Source: the human T2T-CHM13v2.0 reference genome, Homo sapiens. Taken from it: a DNA stretch of 64,000 nucleotides. A model generated the notes under the pieces. That model saw only the letters and a list, made by a program, of their open reading frames with translations, was not told the origin of the DNA and did no database searches. The stretch lies in NCBI RefSeq assembly GCF_009914755.1, contig NC_060926.1; one strand, given 5' to 3'. Positions 15,381-30,518 of this stretch are shown piece by piece (the stretch's first letter is position 1; each line of letters opens with the position of its first letter). The position numbers and the translations under genes were made by a program.

Positions 15381-15484
15381 CCTGGAGTGTTGGTCTGAGG
15401 GCCCTTGGCAGGGGCACTGTCCTAACACTTGCTAGTTGTCACCAGAAGTGAAGCTAGCCAGGCCTCTTCTGCTCAGCCGGAAGG

Positions 15485-15690
15485 GAGCAAGTGTTTATGG
15501 AGCACTGGCTGTGTGCTCAGCACCTTCCTGTGTATTATGTCAGTTACTCTTGCTGACCAGCCTGTGACTGAGGTATTCATAGCTCTGTTTTGTCGATGAG
15601 TAAATGAGGCTCAGGGAGGTTAAGTTAATGGTCCAAGTTTCCGCAGTCTGGGTCAAGTGTAGGACATCTGACTCTGACTAGCATCCTTTA
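15485..15690 (-). mobile_element. MIR
   Basis: GATGAGTAAATGAGGCTCAGGGAGGTTAAGT core. Confidence 0.75.
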
Positions 15691-15789
15691 GCTCCCCACG
15701 CGTGTCCATCACCCTACCCTGCCTCTGTCCCTCTCAGCATCATCCTGCTATCTCAACACCACACTGCCCTCCCTTTCCAACAACACCGG

Positions 15790-15880
15790 GCTCTCCTTTC
15801 TCTCTCTCTCCCTCTTTCTCTTCTCTCTTCTCTCTCGTTGTCTGTCTCTGTCAATCCTAATCTCACTTTCTCTCACTCTT
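15790..15880. repeat. CT-rich low-complexity tract
   Basis: Imperfect (CT)n/(CTCTT)n. Confidence 0.8.
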
Positions 15881-17257
15881 AAGCCGCCTGCCCCAAATTC
15901 AAACACAGCAAAGCCTCCTTGAAAGGTGGGCATGGCTGAGATACTTTCTAGCTCTAAATTTATACAAATCCCCCTCACACTCTCTCTCAGCTTGGCCCCG
16001 CTACATGTGCAGTCTTGGGAAAGTGCTCTTGCTGTCCCCTGAGCCCCTGTTTGCTCCTCCATAGGTGGCTGCAATGATACCTACCTGGCAGGACAGTCAC
16101 CAGGAGCAATGAACATGAAGCCCCAGCTCCAGCCGTGCATCTCAGGGGCTCAGCAAACACTGGCTCCTTGTCCTGAGGGAGTCATGGTGGCAGCTGGGTG
16201 GGGGGCTGGGGCCACAGCAGGCAGGGCAACATCTGTGGATGAGGAGCTCTCACCCTCCACCCGATCTCCAGCAGGTGCATTCACCTGTGCTCTCCAACAG
16301 CCATGCGTACCCAGACAGTGACAGGCGGTGTTTGGGATGTAAAGTTGGTGCTGCCTCCAGGGAACTCACACACAGCCATCTATTCCCATGGCGGTGGCTC
16401 CCACAGAGAGGCCCAGGGACACCAGGACCTGGTTTGTAGGCATTTCTCTGACCCTACCAGCACTGCAGTGTGGAGGGTCTGTGGAACTGAGACCCTGTAG
16501 AAGCTGTGCCTGGAGATTCACAGGGCAAACTGAGGAGAAGCTCAGTTTTTCTAACAGATGTCCAGCCCAGGCTTCTTCCTTCTTTTATGCCCTCGCCCCA
16601 TCTGCCACGGGCTCAGGCCCCTGTAAATGTTCACTCCCAGGCCCTGGTCAACCCTGAGGGAATAATCAGGGATTATCATCCCTGAACAAAGCTGTTTACC
16701 ATTGTTTTATTTCCCAGTATGAAAAAGGGGAAACCAGCTACGGTGCAGAGGGCTGGGGAGAGCTAACACCAGTCACTTTGCGTTCTGGGACATGCTGGAC
16801 GGAAGGGTCGGCTGGTGCATGAGGGGTGGACTCTCTGGGCATCCCAGGGTGGGGAGAGCTCCAGCCGAGGTGCAGCTGGATGCATTGTGGGGCTATGGGC
16901 CAGGAACGTCTGCTTGGATTTGTCATTTGCCACCACCTCCCAGAAAGCAGAGAGAAAAAGTCAAGGATATGCTGAGGAGCTGCAGCACCAACCGTCTCTG
17001 CTTACTTGGTTTATCCAGGTTTTCCTGCATCTGTTCAGTATCACTGATGAGGTGGAATAGAGGGGGTAGCACATCTCTCAAGACTTTCTTACGGACTCTG
17101 GTCACAGACACAAAGGTAGACACAGGATGTGGTGGAGAAGGAATTGATTCCAGGAGCTGGTGGAGAAGGTTGGGATGAGGAAGGGTAGAAATGGCCTCTG
17201 CCCTGCTTGCTGGTCACTATGCTGCCCACAGCTGCAGCTTTTGTTTTCTTTCTGCAG

Positions 17258-17349
17258 CTCTGTGAGGTTTGACCACATGGTCTTTAAGGTTTCTGCCAGC
17301 CGTAAAGTTCTGTGACTTGGGGAATCACTGAGAAGCAGATAGAAAGAAG
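17258..17349 (+). ncRNA. Candidate non-coding exon (partly MIR3-like)
   Basis: Acceptor CTTTTGTTTTCTTTCTGCAG|C, donor AAG|GTGAGC; stops in all three frames; no transcript evidence. Confidence 0.25.
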
Positions 17350-18649
17350 GTGAGCCAAGAATCACACAGGAGCACAACTGATGCAAGAGCAATCAAAATT
17401 CTCAGGTTTCCCCAGAGCCTGGGAAGATACCCTGAGCTGTGTGCTCTACAAAAAGCCATGCAATGAGACCTTCTGGTTGGGGATTTTTCCATATGCCTTA
17501 TCTTGGAAGCTGGAAATAGCATCTGTACCTGGAAGCGAATGGTTTGTGGGTGGACTTGGCTCCTACAAGGTCCTGTTGCTGTTCTCTGGCAGGTGGCTGA
17601 AGTGTGAGCTACCCTGGTCATGTGTAAGGGGCAGGACTGGAGGATGCAGGGTAAGGGGGTGAGGTCTTCAGGCTCAGAGAGTTTCCTAGGGCTTGAAACC
17701 CATGAATAAACACATCTCTAATCATCTAGAATCTAATCATTCCAGACCTTTTAGTGAAAAAAGAAACCAAAAACCAAAAACCAAACAAACAAAAAAACAT
17801 GCATAATGTAAAGAGCTTTAGCCAAGATTCAGTTTGAACACCTAGGCCATCTTCAAAGCCCCTGCTCAGCTGCTGTGCTGAGTCAAGTATTTTCCATGTG
17901 GTTGTGTGACAATCTCTTTGTGACACTCTTCCACCGATACTGTCTTCCAGCAGTCTGTCCATGATGAATCATACACACCAGCAGCACCAAGATGGGTGAT
18001 GGCCTGAATGATCCCTGTTGAGTGTACTCAATCGCTGTGATCTCCTTCCTACCTAAATTACCTAATGATTAAATTCACTGTGAGAAATTTATTACTTTCT
18101 TTAACAAGCGAAACGTTGGCAAAGAAAATTACCCATGATATCTCATAACATTTGCAAAAAAGTGTCCTGAAAGGGTGCTTTGGCCATAATTAGGTATAAG
18201 CAAAACTGGACGTATTAATCAACACTTAGACTATGCCATTCTACATTCTTTGGTGAAGGACAACCTGGGTCTACTCCCTCTTTCTTTTTGATCCTTCTTA
18301 TTCCAAAAATAATGGTGAGATTTGCTTGCAGCTTTGGGAGCACATTTCTCTCTCATTCAGTGTGTGCATATGTGTGTATGCATGTGGGGATGTGTGTTCA
18401 GACTCCTTCCTGATTCTAAGTCATGGACCATTAATAATGTCTGACTGCAAAACTAAGGAGCCACTAAATATTCTGCTATTTATAAGTAATCTGTTGCCTA
18501 AGGCATTGCGCTACTTAATGAAACCTTGAATTAATGTGTAACTTAAGAAATAGATCATTCTACAAATATAGGCTACCAGAAGCATAATTTAAGCTGTTCT
18601 ATTTACTTCACTACTTGTTGGGGATAAGAGAAGGAGCAACTGAATACAA

Positions 18650-18890
18650 ATAATAATACATAAAATACATTGAGCCAAGCACTGTGCAAATTACATCTTA
18701 TGCATTATCTCCTGTGGTTATCATAATAAACCAATACAATTAATAAACCCATATGATTATTACTATTGCTATTCCCATTTTATAGATAAAGAAACTGAGG
18801 CTTAGAAAGATTTACATAGCTAGCCCAAGGTCATGCGGTGGAATTCAAGTCTAAGTGCATGTGGCTCTTAGAACCACTGGATACTGCATC
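18650..18890 (-). mobile_element. MIR
   Basis: CCCATTTTATAGATAAAGAAACTGAGGCTTAGA...CCCAAGGTCA. Confidence 0.85.
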
Positions 18891-20734
18891 TTTGGGGTAG
18901 AGAGAATGAGGGGAAGGGTGGACCCCTGTGCTAGGGTAGCAATCCATTTGCCCAATGCAAATGTGGTTTGTTTGCTTGATGGGCTAATGCTGATTGGCTG
19001 GAAAATGCAGTGGGTAAAGGTGAAACAGAACTATGCCGGATTTATGGCAAGGACCTTGGGAGACAGAGGTGAACAGCCGAGTGCTAAGTGGGCTGCTGCC
19101 AATGACTGGTAGCTGAGAAGACCTGTTCAAAAACTCGAGGGCCATGGAGAGAGCCCAGTTTGGGGGATTCTAGGTGGATGTGTGGCTTTTAAAGGGTGCC
19201 CAAACCAGGCATATGAAGACTGTCTTGAACTTTTATTCAGGGAGATCCTCTCAGTTCATCTGGGCTGACCCTCGAGGGCCACCTGATGAGTGTCATCCTG
19301 TGTAGCCATTGAGGGACAGCTGAGCCCCACCCGCATTCAACCCCAGAGCCTGAGGCGAAAGACAGAGCTCTGTTCTGTGGGCCTCAAACGCTTCCTGGTC
19401 ACTCTGGGAGATCTATGAGCATGTACAGAGCCTGGGAGTGAACTCTGCCTAACTGCCTCCTACTGCATGATGTAAGGCGTTAAAGCTGCAAGAGGCAGAG
19501 ATGATGTCAGGAACATGCTGGGGGGATGGGTAGGTGGTCAGGCGAGGATTCAGGGGAGGAGCATGTGAAAGGGAAGGGTGCAGGAGTGGGCGAGAGGAAG
19601 GCTGGCATTCAACTTGAAGCCAAACCAGGCTGCAGAAATGTGTCATTTAGAAGCTCTGGTCTCTGTGCCTTGTTCTTCTGCAGATCAGACTCATCCTGGA
19701 AGAGTTGGCACAGACCTTCAAGATGTAGTCCCCTGGAGGAAACTGAAGCCCATGATCATTACCCTCCTGGCTCATGCCCCTGGCCGGTGATGGCTCTCAT
19801 AATTCCTGGCATCTGATCATTCCCCTTCTTCTTGGATGTATTCAGCCAAGCACCTGCCCTGTGGCTAACACCATCATTTTATTCCATGGGCTTAAGAGCT
19901 GAGCTCAGGCACCCCCAAAGACAGAGGAGTTCAGTCAGGGGAGGGCCCAGAGGCCCTTGTTTATTTAGGACCAGGTCCTGCAGACTAACTTCAGGATTCT
20001 GGAGCCCATGGGGCCTCATGTTGTAGGGGCCTTGGGTTCTAGACTGAGAGGTTCTAGGATCTCATGTCTGAAGGGAGGGAGGAAACTCAGGTGAAGGGGG
20101 CTGGCTCCCAGGATTGGGGATGTTCCACTCTGCCTCTGTCTTGGGGACGATGTACCCGCCCTCCTCTTAGCTGCCAGGGCCCCCGTAAGAGCCTGGGAAC
20201 TGTCCAGCCAGCAGTCTGCTGAACTGCAGGGGTGGCCACCATGAGTCAGCCGGCTGGAGAAGGCCTGTGGCTGGTCAGTGGAGATCTGCACCCGGAGAAG
20301 GAGCAGCAGGAGGAGCAGCAGGCCGGGGGCCCAGGGGAGATCCGCTGCCCATTGCCGTGCTTGACCTGTTAGCACTTGCATTCCTGAAGTCGTGGTTGGT
20401 TAATTAAAAATAAGCCCCAGGGCCTGAGGAGGCCCACAGTGGGGTGGGAACGTCTCCTTGATGCAAAGAGATTCCAAGTTTCTGACTAAAGTAATATAAA
20501 AGGGTGAAAGGGACAGGTTGTTCAAACACCTCCTGTTGTTGATGGGAGCTGGGAGGCCCTGAAAGGCATTGGGGCTAACCATGGTCACCAAGCTGGTTAA
20601 GAGTATGGCCAAGGGTCAGATCTCGTCCTTATGGTAGCCCACTCTCTACGGACAGTGGTTAGTCCAGATGTAGATGTAAACATTTTTACCACCAGTGGCC
20701 GATGGGTAGGACCTTTCTGTATCTTTTTCTCATT

Positions 20735-20975
20735 TTAATGTTATTAAGTGCTGAATCTGTGCTGGCGCCTGTTCTAGGTGCCTTATGTGTATTATCTAAC
20801 TTATTTCATCCTCTCAAAAATCCCTGAGGCAGGAATTTTTACCATCCCCATTTCCCAGATGAGAAAATGGAGGCGCAAGGGGTTATGTGATTTCTCCTCA
20901 GCTGGTCAGTGGCAGAGCTGAGACCTAGACTCGGGCAGTCTGACTCTAAGGGCCCCCTCTTGACCACTGCACTGT
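20735..20975 (-). mobile_element. MIR
   Basis: ATCCCCATTTCCCAGATGAGAAAATGGAGGC core. Confidence 0.8.
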
Positions 20976-21002
20976 TTGGCCTCTTCAGAAATCTTTGTTT
21001 GA

Positions 21003-21318
<316 letters not shown>

Positions 21319-21437
21319 CCACTTGAGCTTTTATATTTCCAGAGAGTAAAAAGAATGAAGGCAGGAAAGAATTTTGTGAAGGCAAAGGTGGTGGATGGTT
21401 TCAAGTGTCCACCTGGAAACATTTAGCTTTTGACCCT

Positions 21438-21793
21438 TGTATGAGTCCATTTTCACACTGCTATAAAGAAATAAATACCCAAGACTGGGTAATTTATAAA
21501 CAAAGGAGGTTTAATTGACTCACAGTTCCGCATGGCTGGGGAGGCTTCAGGAAACTTACAATCCTGGTGGAAGGGGAAGTAGGCACCTTCTTCACAAGGT
21601 GGCAGGAGAGAGAAGCGAGCAAAAGCAGAGAAAACTGCCTTATAAAACCGCCAGATCTCATGAGAACTCATTCACTATCACCACAACAGCATGGGGAAAC
21701 CACCCCCATTATCCAACTACCTCCCTCCCTCGACACATGGGGATTACAATTCAAGATGAGATTTGGGTGAGGACACAGGGCCAAACCATATCA
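21438..21793 (-). mobile_element. THE1D-like MaLR solo LTR
   Basis: Ends CCAAACCATATCA; GGCACCTTCTTCACAAGGTGGCAGG; 5-bp TSD ACCCT/ATCCT. Confidence 0.88.
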
Positions 21794-22171
21794 ATCCTCT
21801 TAGTGAGAGAGTCCTTGAAAAACAAACAGCACCCCACCCCAAAGAGGAGAAACGCATTAGCTCAGTAGACCCTGAGAACTTGGGGCTCAGCTGCTCTTAG
21901 CTGCCAGGCTCTCAGGCCCCTTACCCTGATAGTGAAAGATTCTCAAGTGTGCCTGTGCTGGCTGCCCTCCCAGGACAATCCTTCTGTAGCTGCCGGGAGA
22001 CTTCCAGGATAGCAAGAGGCTACCCTGTTCCTGCAGATAAAAATCAGCCATTTATTAGTAACTGTTTCACTTGAGAGATGGCTACATCGGGTTCATTTAC
22101 TATTCTCTCTACTTTTCTATATCTTTGAAATGTTCTATCATAAAAGGTTTTTTAAAATATAAATAAAAGAA

Positions 22172-23110
<939 letters not shown>

Positions 23111-23356
23111 GATGTCTTGTCCTCAGAAAAAATGCCAAGGAGTTGACTATAGTTCGGGAGTAGGAAGGTCTGCAAGACTGGCAGTTCAAGAAGATGATTT
23201 GGGCAGTTCAAGTTAGGATTCTTTCTGGTGCAAGGCAGGAAAAATTCTCTTGCCTGAAATCTACTTAACCAACCAATGTCCTCCATTTCCACCACCAAAA
23301 CAAGCAGTGGATGCCCAGGGCACATCAAATGTCATAGCTGATAGGTCATTCTCTAG

Positions 23357-23550
23357 AGGAGGGGTCATCAAACTCCCACCCCTGGTTAGCCCACAGGCCA
23401 AATTTGGTTTTCTTGGACTCAGTTACATATGGCCCGTGACTGCTTTCTCACCACCGTGAGAGTGAAGTCTTTGTTATGAAGACCACAGGACCTACAAAAG
23501 CCAAAAATATGTACTACATGACCCTCAGAAAAAGTGTCCTGGTCTGCTCT
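23357..23550 (+). mobile_element. MER58-like hAT-Charlie element
   Basis: GGGGTCATCAAACT start, AAAGCCAAAAATAT.TACTA..TG.CCCT...AGAAAAAGT end, CTCTAGA on both flanks. Confidence 0.65.
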
Positions 23551-23599
23551 AGAATATCACATCCTTCTGCTCCTACCCACTTAGGTCTATGATTACTAA

Positions 23600-24500
<901 letters not shown>

Positions 24501-24544
24501 CAGAAAGCCGATCCTAAAATTGTTTTGTAAAAAGCAGGCCTGCT

Positions 24545-24969
<425 letters not shown>

Positions 24970-25034
24970 TCAGCATTCCCTGAGCTCTGAGGACCTGGGG
25001 CAGAGGTGACAGGTTTTGAAGGCTGTGTTACCTG

Positions 25035-26335
25035 AGCAAACAGTGAATCGATTAAGCAAATAAGTAAATATGCTGAAGATAATGGGAGCCAGTTTTCTTA
25101 CTGTCTGAAGAGGCATTTAGAAACATGGGATTCGGGAAGGCTGGAAGGAATGGTGAGGGCTTGGAATGGCATTGGAAGGGTCAGATGAACTCCTGGGTAT
25201 TTAAATACATTGACACAGATAGATATAGAAACGGTCAGAGATACATGCGTAGGTGCATTCTGCTTTGTGCGTATGTTCCCTGAGAGAACTGAGAAGCAAT
25301 GACATCCAGGAGCAGTGAGCACAACCTACCAAAGTAGGTTCAAAGTTCAACCTACCAAATAAAATAGGCATCCATGAGTCCACACTGATACAAATACATA
25401 TGTACATGAACCAAATGGGAGGCAAGGTATTCTTTATAAGAGAAGGCAACTAACAAAGTAGAAGGACCGACAAAATTACGCACTCACATTTGGCAGCCAT
25501 TACACCGGTAGTTGGTATCAGCAGGAGCCATAAGGCTGATGGGCACAAGTTTGATGAGGAACAGAATATTTGCATAATATCAGACTATCTTCCTACAAAA
25601 TACTAATCAAATATGGAGGAGAAATGATAACTTCATTGTGGAGAAACCTGGCAGGCACCGATGTGACCAGGAGACGAAAGTGAGCATCACCTGGCTTGGG
25701 ATGGGAGGACATAAAGCACTCTGGGGAGGCACTGAGCAGGCATTGAGAAGGGCGTGGCATTGCCTCCGTAGCCGCCTTCTAGACCAGACAGCCAGAGTCT
25801 GGGTACGAGTGAACACAGGGGGGTCTGGGGGTGAGATCGACCTACGGAATGAACGACCTCGGTTCTCTAAAACTCTCCAGACAAGGGACACAGGGAAAGG
25901 GTGAGGAATTATTCCAGATGGAAGGAGACTGAGGAGACAGGGCAACTAAACACAATGTGAGATTCTGAAACAGATCCTGACCCAACCCTTGCCCTCAAGA
26001 GACATTTATGGGAGAGTTGATGGAATTTGAATGAGATTTCTGGATTGGATGGGAGATTTGTATCAATGTTAATTTCCTGATACGGAGGAATCATTTTAAT
26101 GTAAGGAACCATCTTTATGTTGGGAGAGCTACACCTTGGAGTATTTAGGGATTATGTTGGGGGTGGGGGCGGGGAGAGAGAAAGAGAGAGGTGGAACAAT
26201 GAAGCATTGCAGTAAAATGTTAACAACTGGGAGATCTGAATATAGATTATGAAGGAGTTCTTTGTACCTTTTATGAAGGTCTAAGACTTTTGAAATAAAA
26301 AAGTTACTTAGTTACCAAAACATTAAAATAAAATA
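25035..26335 (+). mobile_element. Old L1MC/ME 3' end fragments
   Basis: GATAATGGGAGCCAG, GTGGAGAAACCTGGCAG, TGTATCAATGTTAATTTCCTGAT motifs. Confidence 0.7.
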
Positions 26336-26339
26336 AAAG

Positions 26340-26690
26340 AGATTTATTGGCTAGCAAAAACCAAAATTCCAGAATCACACAGGCTTCAGGCATGGTTTGA
26401 TCAGGGCTCCAGCTTGCTATTTTTGCCATACTCTCAGCTCTGCTCTTTTCTATTGATGTTATCCTCAGGCTGATTTCCTCTTGATGTCAAGGTGACTGCC
26501 AACAACAGGGACTATGCCTTCAAACTTTAGCAGGGGGAATGAGTTGCACTGATTGGATTAACCCAGTCTGGGCCCATCCTGATGCTGGATGTGTTTGAAT
26601 CCCACCCAAACCATGAAGTTGTTACATCATGGTGAACAGTAGCTTCTCAAAGGAAATTATGCATGTATTGGGCAAGAGGGAACTAACCTA
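26340..26690 (-). mobile_element. Old MaLR LTR (MLT1K/L-like)
   Basis: ATTTATTGGCT...GGCTTCAGGCATGGTTTGATCAGGGCTC. Confidence 0.55.
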
Positions 26691-26990
26691 GGTACTTAAC
26701 CAATGAAAGTCTAGCACACTGTGATTTAGAGAGTAGGTAAATGCCAAAGAAGGTGAATTGGTGGTGCAGGTTCAGAGGAGGTGAGAAAACAATTCCACCA
26801 AAGGAATTGGAATTATTTTCCAGGGAAATATAAATTATTCAAGAGAATAAGAAGACAAGCCATAGACCAGAAAAAAATTTTGGAAAAAAAAACATATCTG
26901 GTAAAAGATTGTTATCCAACATATACAAAAAAACCTCTTAAAACTCAACAATAAAAAAATGAACAACCAGATTTTAAGATGGACAAAAGA

Positions 26991-27112
26991 AGCTAGGTGC
27001 AATAAGGTGCGGCTATAGTCCCAGCTGCTCAGGAGGCTAAGTTGGGAGGACCACTTCAGCCTAGGAGTTTGAATCCCATCTGGGCAACAGAGTGAAATCC
27101 CAATCTCTTTAA
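26991..27112 (+). mobile_element. Alu monomer (FLAM-like)
   Basis: Single ~120-bp arm flanked by diverged TSD AAGATGGACAAAAGA/AAAATGGGCAGAAGA. Confidence 0.8.
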
Positions 27113-27830
27113 AAAATGGGCAGAAGATCTGAAAAGACACTTCACCAAAAATATACGGGCAGCAAATAAGCATATGAAAAGATGGTCAACATATGTCATT
27201 AGGGAATTGGGAATTACAAATTAAAACAAGCGGATACCAATACACACCTGCTAGCATGTTTAAAATCACTGACAACACCAAATGTTGGCAAGGTTGTGGA
27301 GCAACAGGAACTCTAATTCATTCTTGGTGGAATACAGAATGGTATAGACACTTTGGAAGACAGTTTAATAGTTTCTCACAAAACAAAACATACTCTTACC
27401 ATATGCTCCAGTAATCACACTCCTTGGTATTTACCCAAAAGAGCTGAAAACTTATGTCCATGCAAAAACCTGCATATGCATGTTTATAGCAGCTTTATTC
27501 ATAAGTGCCAAAACTTGGAAGCAACCAAGATGCCCTTCAGTAAGTGAATGGATGAATAAACTGTGGTACATCAGAGAGTGAAATGTTATTCAGCACTAAA
27601 AGAAATGAGCCACCAAACCTTGAAAAAAACATGGAAGACACTTAAATGCATATTACTAAGTTTTAAAAGCCAATTTGAAAAGGCTACATACTGTACGATT
27701 TCAACTCTATGGTGTCTGGAAAAGACTAAACTATGGAAACAGTAAAAAGATCACTGGTTGCCAGGGGTTGGGGTTGGGGAGGAGGAGGGATGAAAAGATA
27801 GAGCACAAAAGACTTTTAGGGCAGTGAAAT

Positions 27831-28248
27831 CATAACTGCACCAGTGTTCAACCTTTAAGTAACAAAGTTGTGAGTTGTTTCTCAGTAGCCATAAACCATC
27901 CCCAGGTCACGTTAACTGGAGCAAGCCCAGATGAACCAAGCAGGCAACATGAGTGGAACTTAAGTTAAGTTAAGAAGTGGACACAACATGGCAGGATCCA
28001 GGATCCAATCAGATGGAGCCCTGGCATCACCCTGTGGCAGGATCCAGTGAGAACACACCCCCGGCATCACCTCATTGCAAGATCCAATCAGATCACACCT
28101 CATTACACTCTGACTATAAAACCTGCCCCATCCCCCAGCTCAGGGAGCTAGATTTGAGTGTTTCCTTCTGTCTCCTTGCCAGTTGACTCACAATAAACCT
28201 CTTTCACCGCAGAAACATGGTGTTTCACTGTTTGGCTTTCTGTTGCAC
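27831..28248 (+). mobile_element. Solo LTR (LTR47-like, ERVL; family tentative)
   Basis: Interrupts L1; repeated GATCCAATCAGAT, TATAAAA 28115-28121, AATAAA 28192-28197. Confidence 0.7.
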
Positions 28249-28266
28249 AAAACTACTCTGTTTACT

Positions 28267-28556
28267 TTTTTTTTTTTTTTTTTTGAGACGGAGTCTCACT
28301 CTGTCACCCAGGCTGGCGCGATCTCGGCTCACTGCAACCTCCATCTCCCGGGTTCATGCCATTCTCCTGCCTTAGCCTCCTGAGTAGCTGCGACTACAGG
28401 TGCCCGCCATCACGCCTGGCTAATTTTTAGGTATTTTCAGTAGATACGGGGTTTCACCGTGTTAGCCAGGATGGTCTCGATCTCCTGACCTCGTGATCTG
28501 CCCGCCTCGGCCTCCCAAAGTGCTGAGATTACAGGCGTGAGCCACCAAGCCTGGCC
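28267..28556 (-). mobile_element. AluY with 10-bp internal deletion
   Basis: Y diagnostics; GGCTGGCGCGATC lacks AGTGCAGTGG; TSD TCTGTTTACT. Confidence 0.93.
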
Positions 28557-28807
28557 TCTGTTTACTATTATGGTGAATCCATAGCATTATCCATTTGTCC
28601 AAAGCCACAGAATGTACAACACCAAGAGTGAACCCCAGAGTAAATTACAGACTCTGGGTGATAATGATGTATCAATGTAGGTTCCATTATAACAAATGTA
28701 ACACTCTGCTGCAGAGTGTTGATAATAGGGGAGGTTATTGCGTGGTGACGGGACAGGAACCCTCTGTACTTTCCATTCAATTCTGCTGTGAACCTAAAAC
28801 TGCTCTA

Positions 28808-29117
<310 letters not shown>

Positions 29118-29127
29118 CATACAGTAT

Positions 29128-29128
<1 letters not shown>

Positions 29129-29162
<34 letters not shown>
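29129..29162. repeat. (TAGA)n microsatellite
   Basis: About 8 perfect GATA units. Confidence 0.95.
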
Positions 29163-29229
29163 TGGATATATAATTGTATGTATATACCATATATATATAA
29201 ATATACATATATATGTAATTGTAAAGATA

Positions 29230-29800
29230 GTCAAAGATCTATACCTCAAAAGACAGCAAGCCCAGGCAGCCATAGAGGCAAATTCTTCTAAGCTTTCAAG
29301 GAAGATACAATGCCTGTGTAATACAAACTGTTCCACAATTTAACAAAGATAAAACTCTTCCTGCCTCTTTTTATAATCCTGACATGCAAAGATCTTAAAT
29401 TACACATTAGCATAGTGAATTGACTATTAAATTAAAAGAATATATTGTGACCAAAAGAATTTTTCCCAGAAATGCAAGGAATGTACAAGATTGATATAAA
29501 GGAAACTCTAAAACTAGATTGAATGATATAAAAGTCCTGAATAAATGGAGAGACATTCAATGTTCTAGGATAGGAAAACTCAATAGGGTAAAGTTGTTTC
29601 TTCCCAAATCAATCTGTAAGTCTATGAATGTAATTCCAATCAAAACACCAACAGGATAATTAGAGAAACTTCACAAAGTTACTCTTAAGGTTCATCTGTA
29701 TTAGAAAATGCATGAGAACAAAATCAATTTTGAAAAAGAATAATAATCAGTATGTATATGAACTACCATATATCAAAACACATTTTAAAACTAAGGAACT
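29230..29800 (+). mobile_element. Old L1ME ORF2 fragments
   Basis: CTGAATAAATGGAGAGACATTC, GGATAGGAAAACTCAATA, AATTCCAATCAAAA. Confidence 0.7.
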
Positions 29801-29801
29801 C

Positions 29802-30104
29802 GGCTGGGCACGGTAGCTCACACCTGTGATGCCAACTCTTTGGAAGGTCAAGGTGGGCAGATTGCTCGAGCTCGGGAATTTGAGACCAGCCTGGGCAACG
29901 TGGTGAAACCCCATCTCTACAAAACACACAAAAATTAGCTGGGCATGATGGTATGTGCCTGTAGTTCCAGCTACTCAGGAGGCTGAGGTGGGAGGGTAGC
30001 TTCAACCTGGAAGTCAAGGCTGCAATGAACAATGATTGTGCCACTGCATTCCAGCCTGGTCAACAGAGTGAACTCTGTCTCTAAAAATACATAAATAAAT
30101 AAAT
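29802..30104 (+). mobile_element. AluJb-like
   Basis: Full-length; TSD AAAA(C)TAAGGAACT. Confidence 0.92.
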
Positions 30105-30222
30105 AAAATAAGGAACTAAAATACTGAGGTCTTGGGGCAATGCAGTCAAATCAGTGAAACAGAATAAAGTATAGAAATAAACCTGATTATTAAAATATTT
30201 ATTCATCCAACAGATATTTATT

Positions 30223-30518
<296 letters not shown>

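Noticed and set aside
17955-17970. REST/RE1-like CTGTCCATGATG
   Set aside because: Only one half-site matches; the GTGCTGA half is absent
27765-27782. TTGGGG telomere-like repeats
   Set aside because: Only about 3 units, inside the G-rich part of an L1 3' UTR
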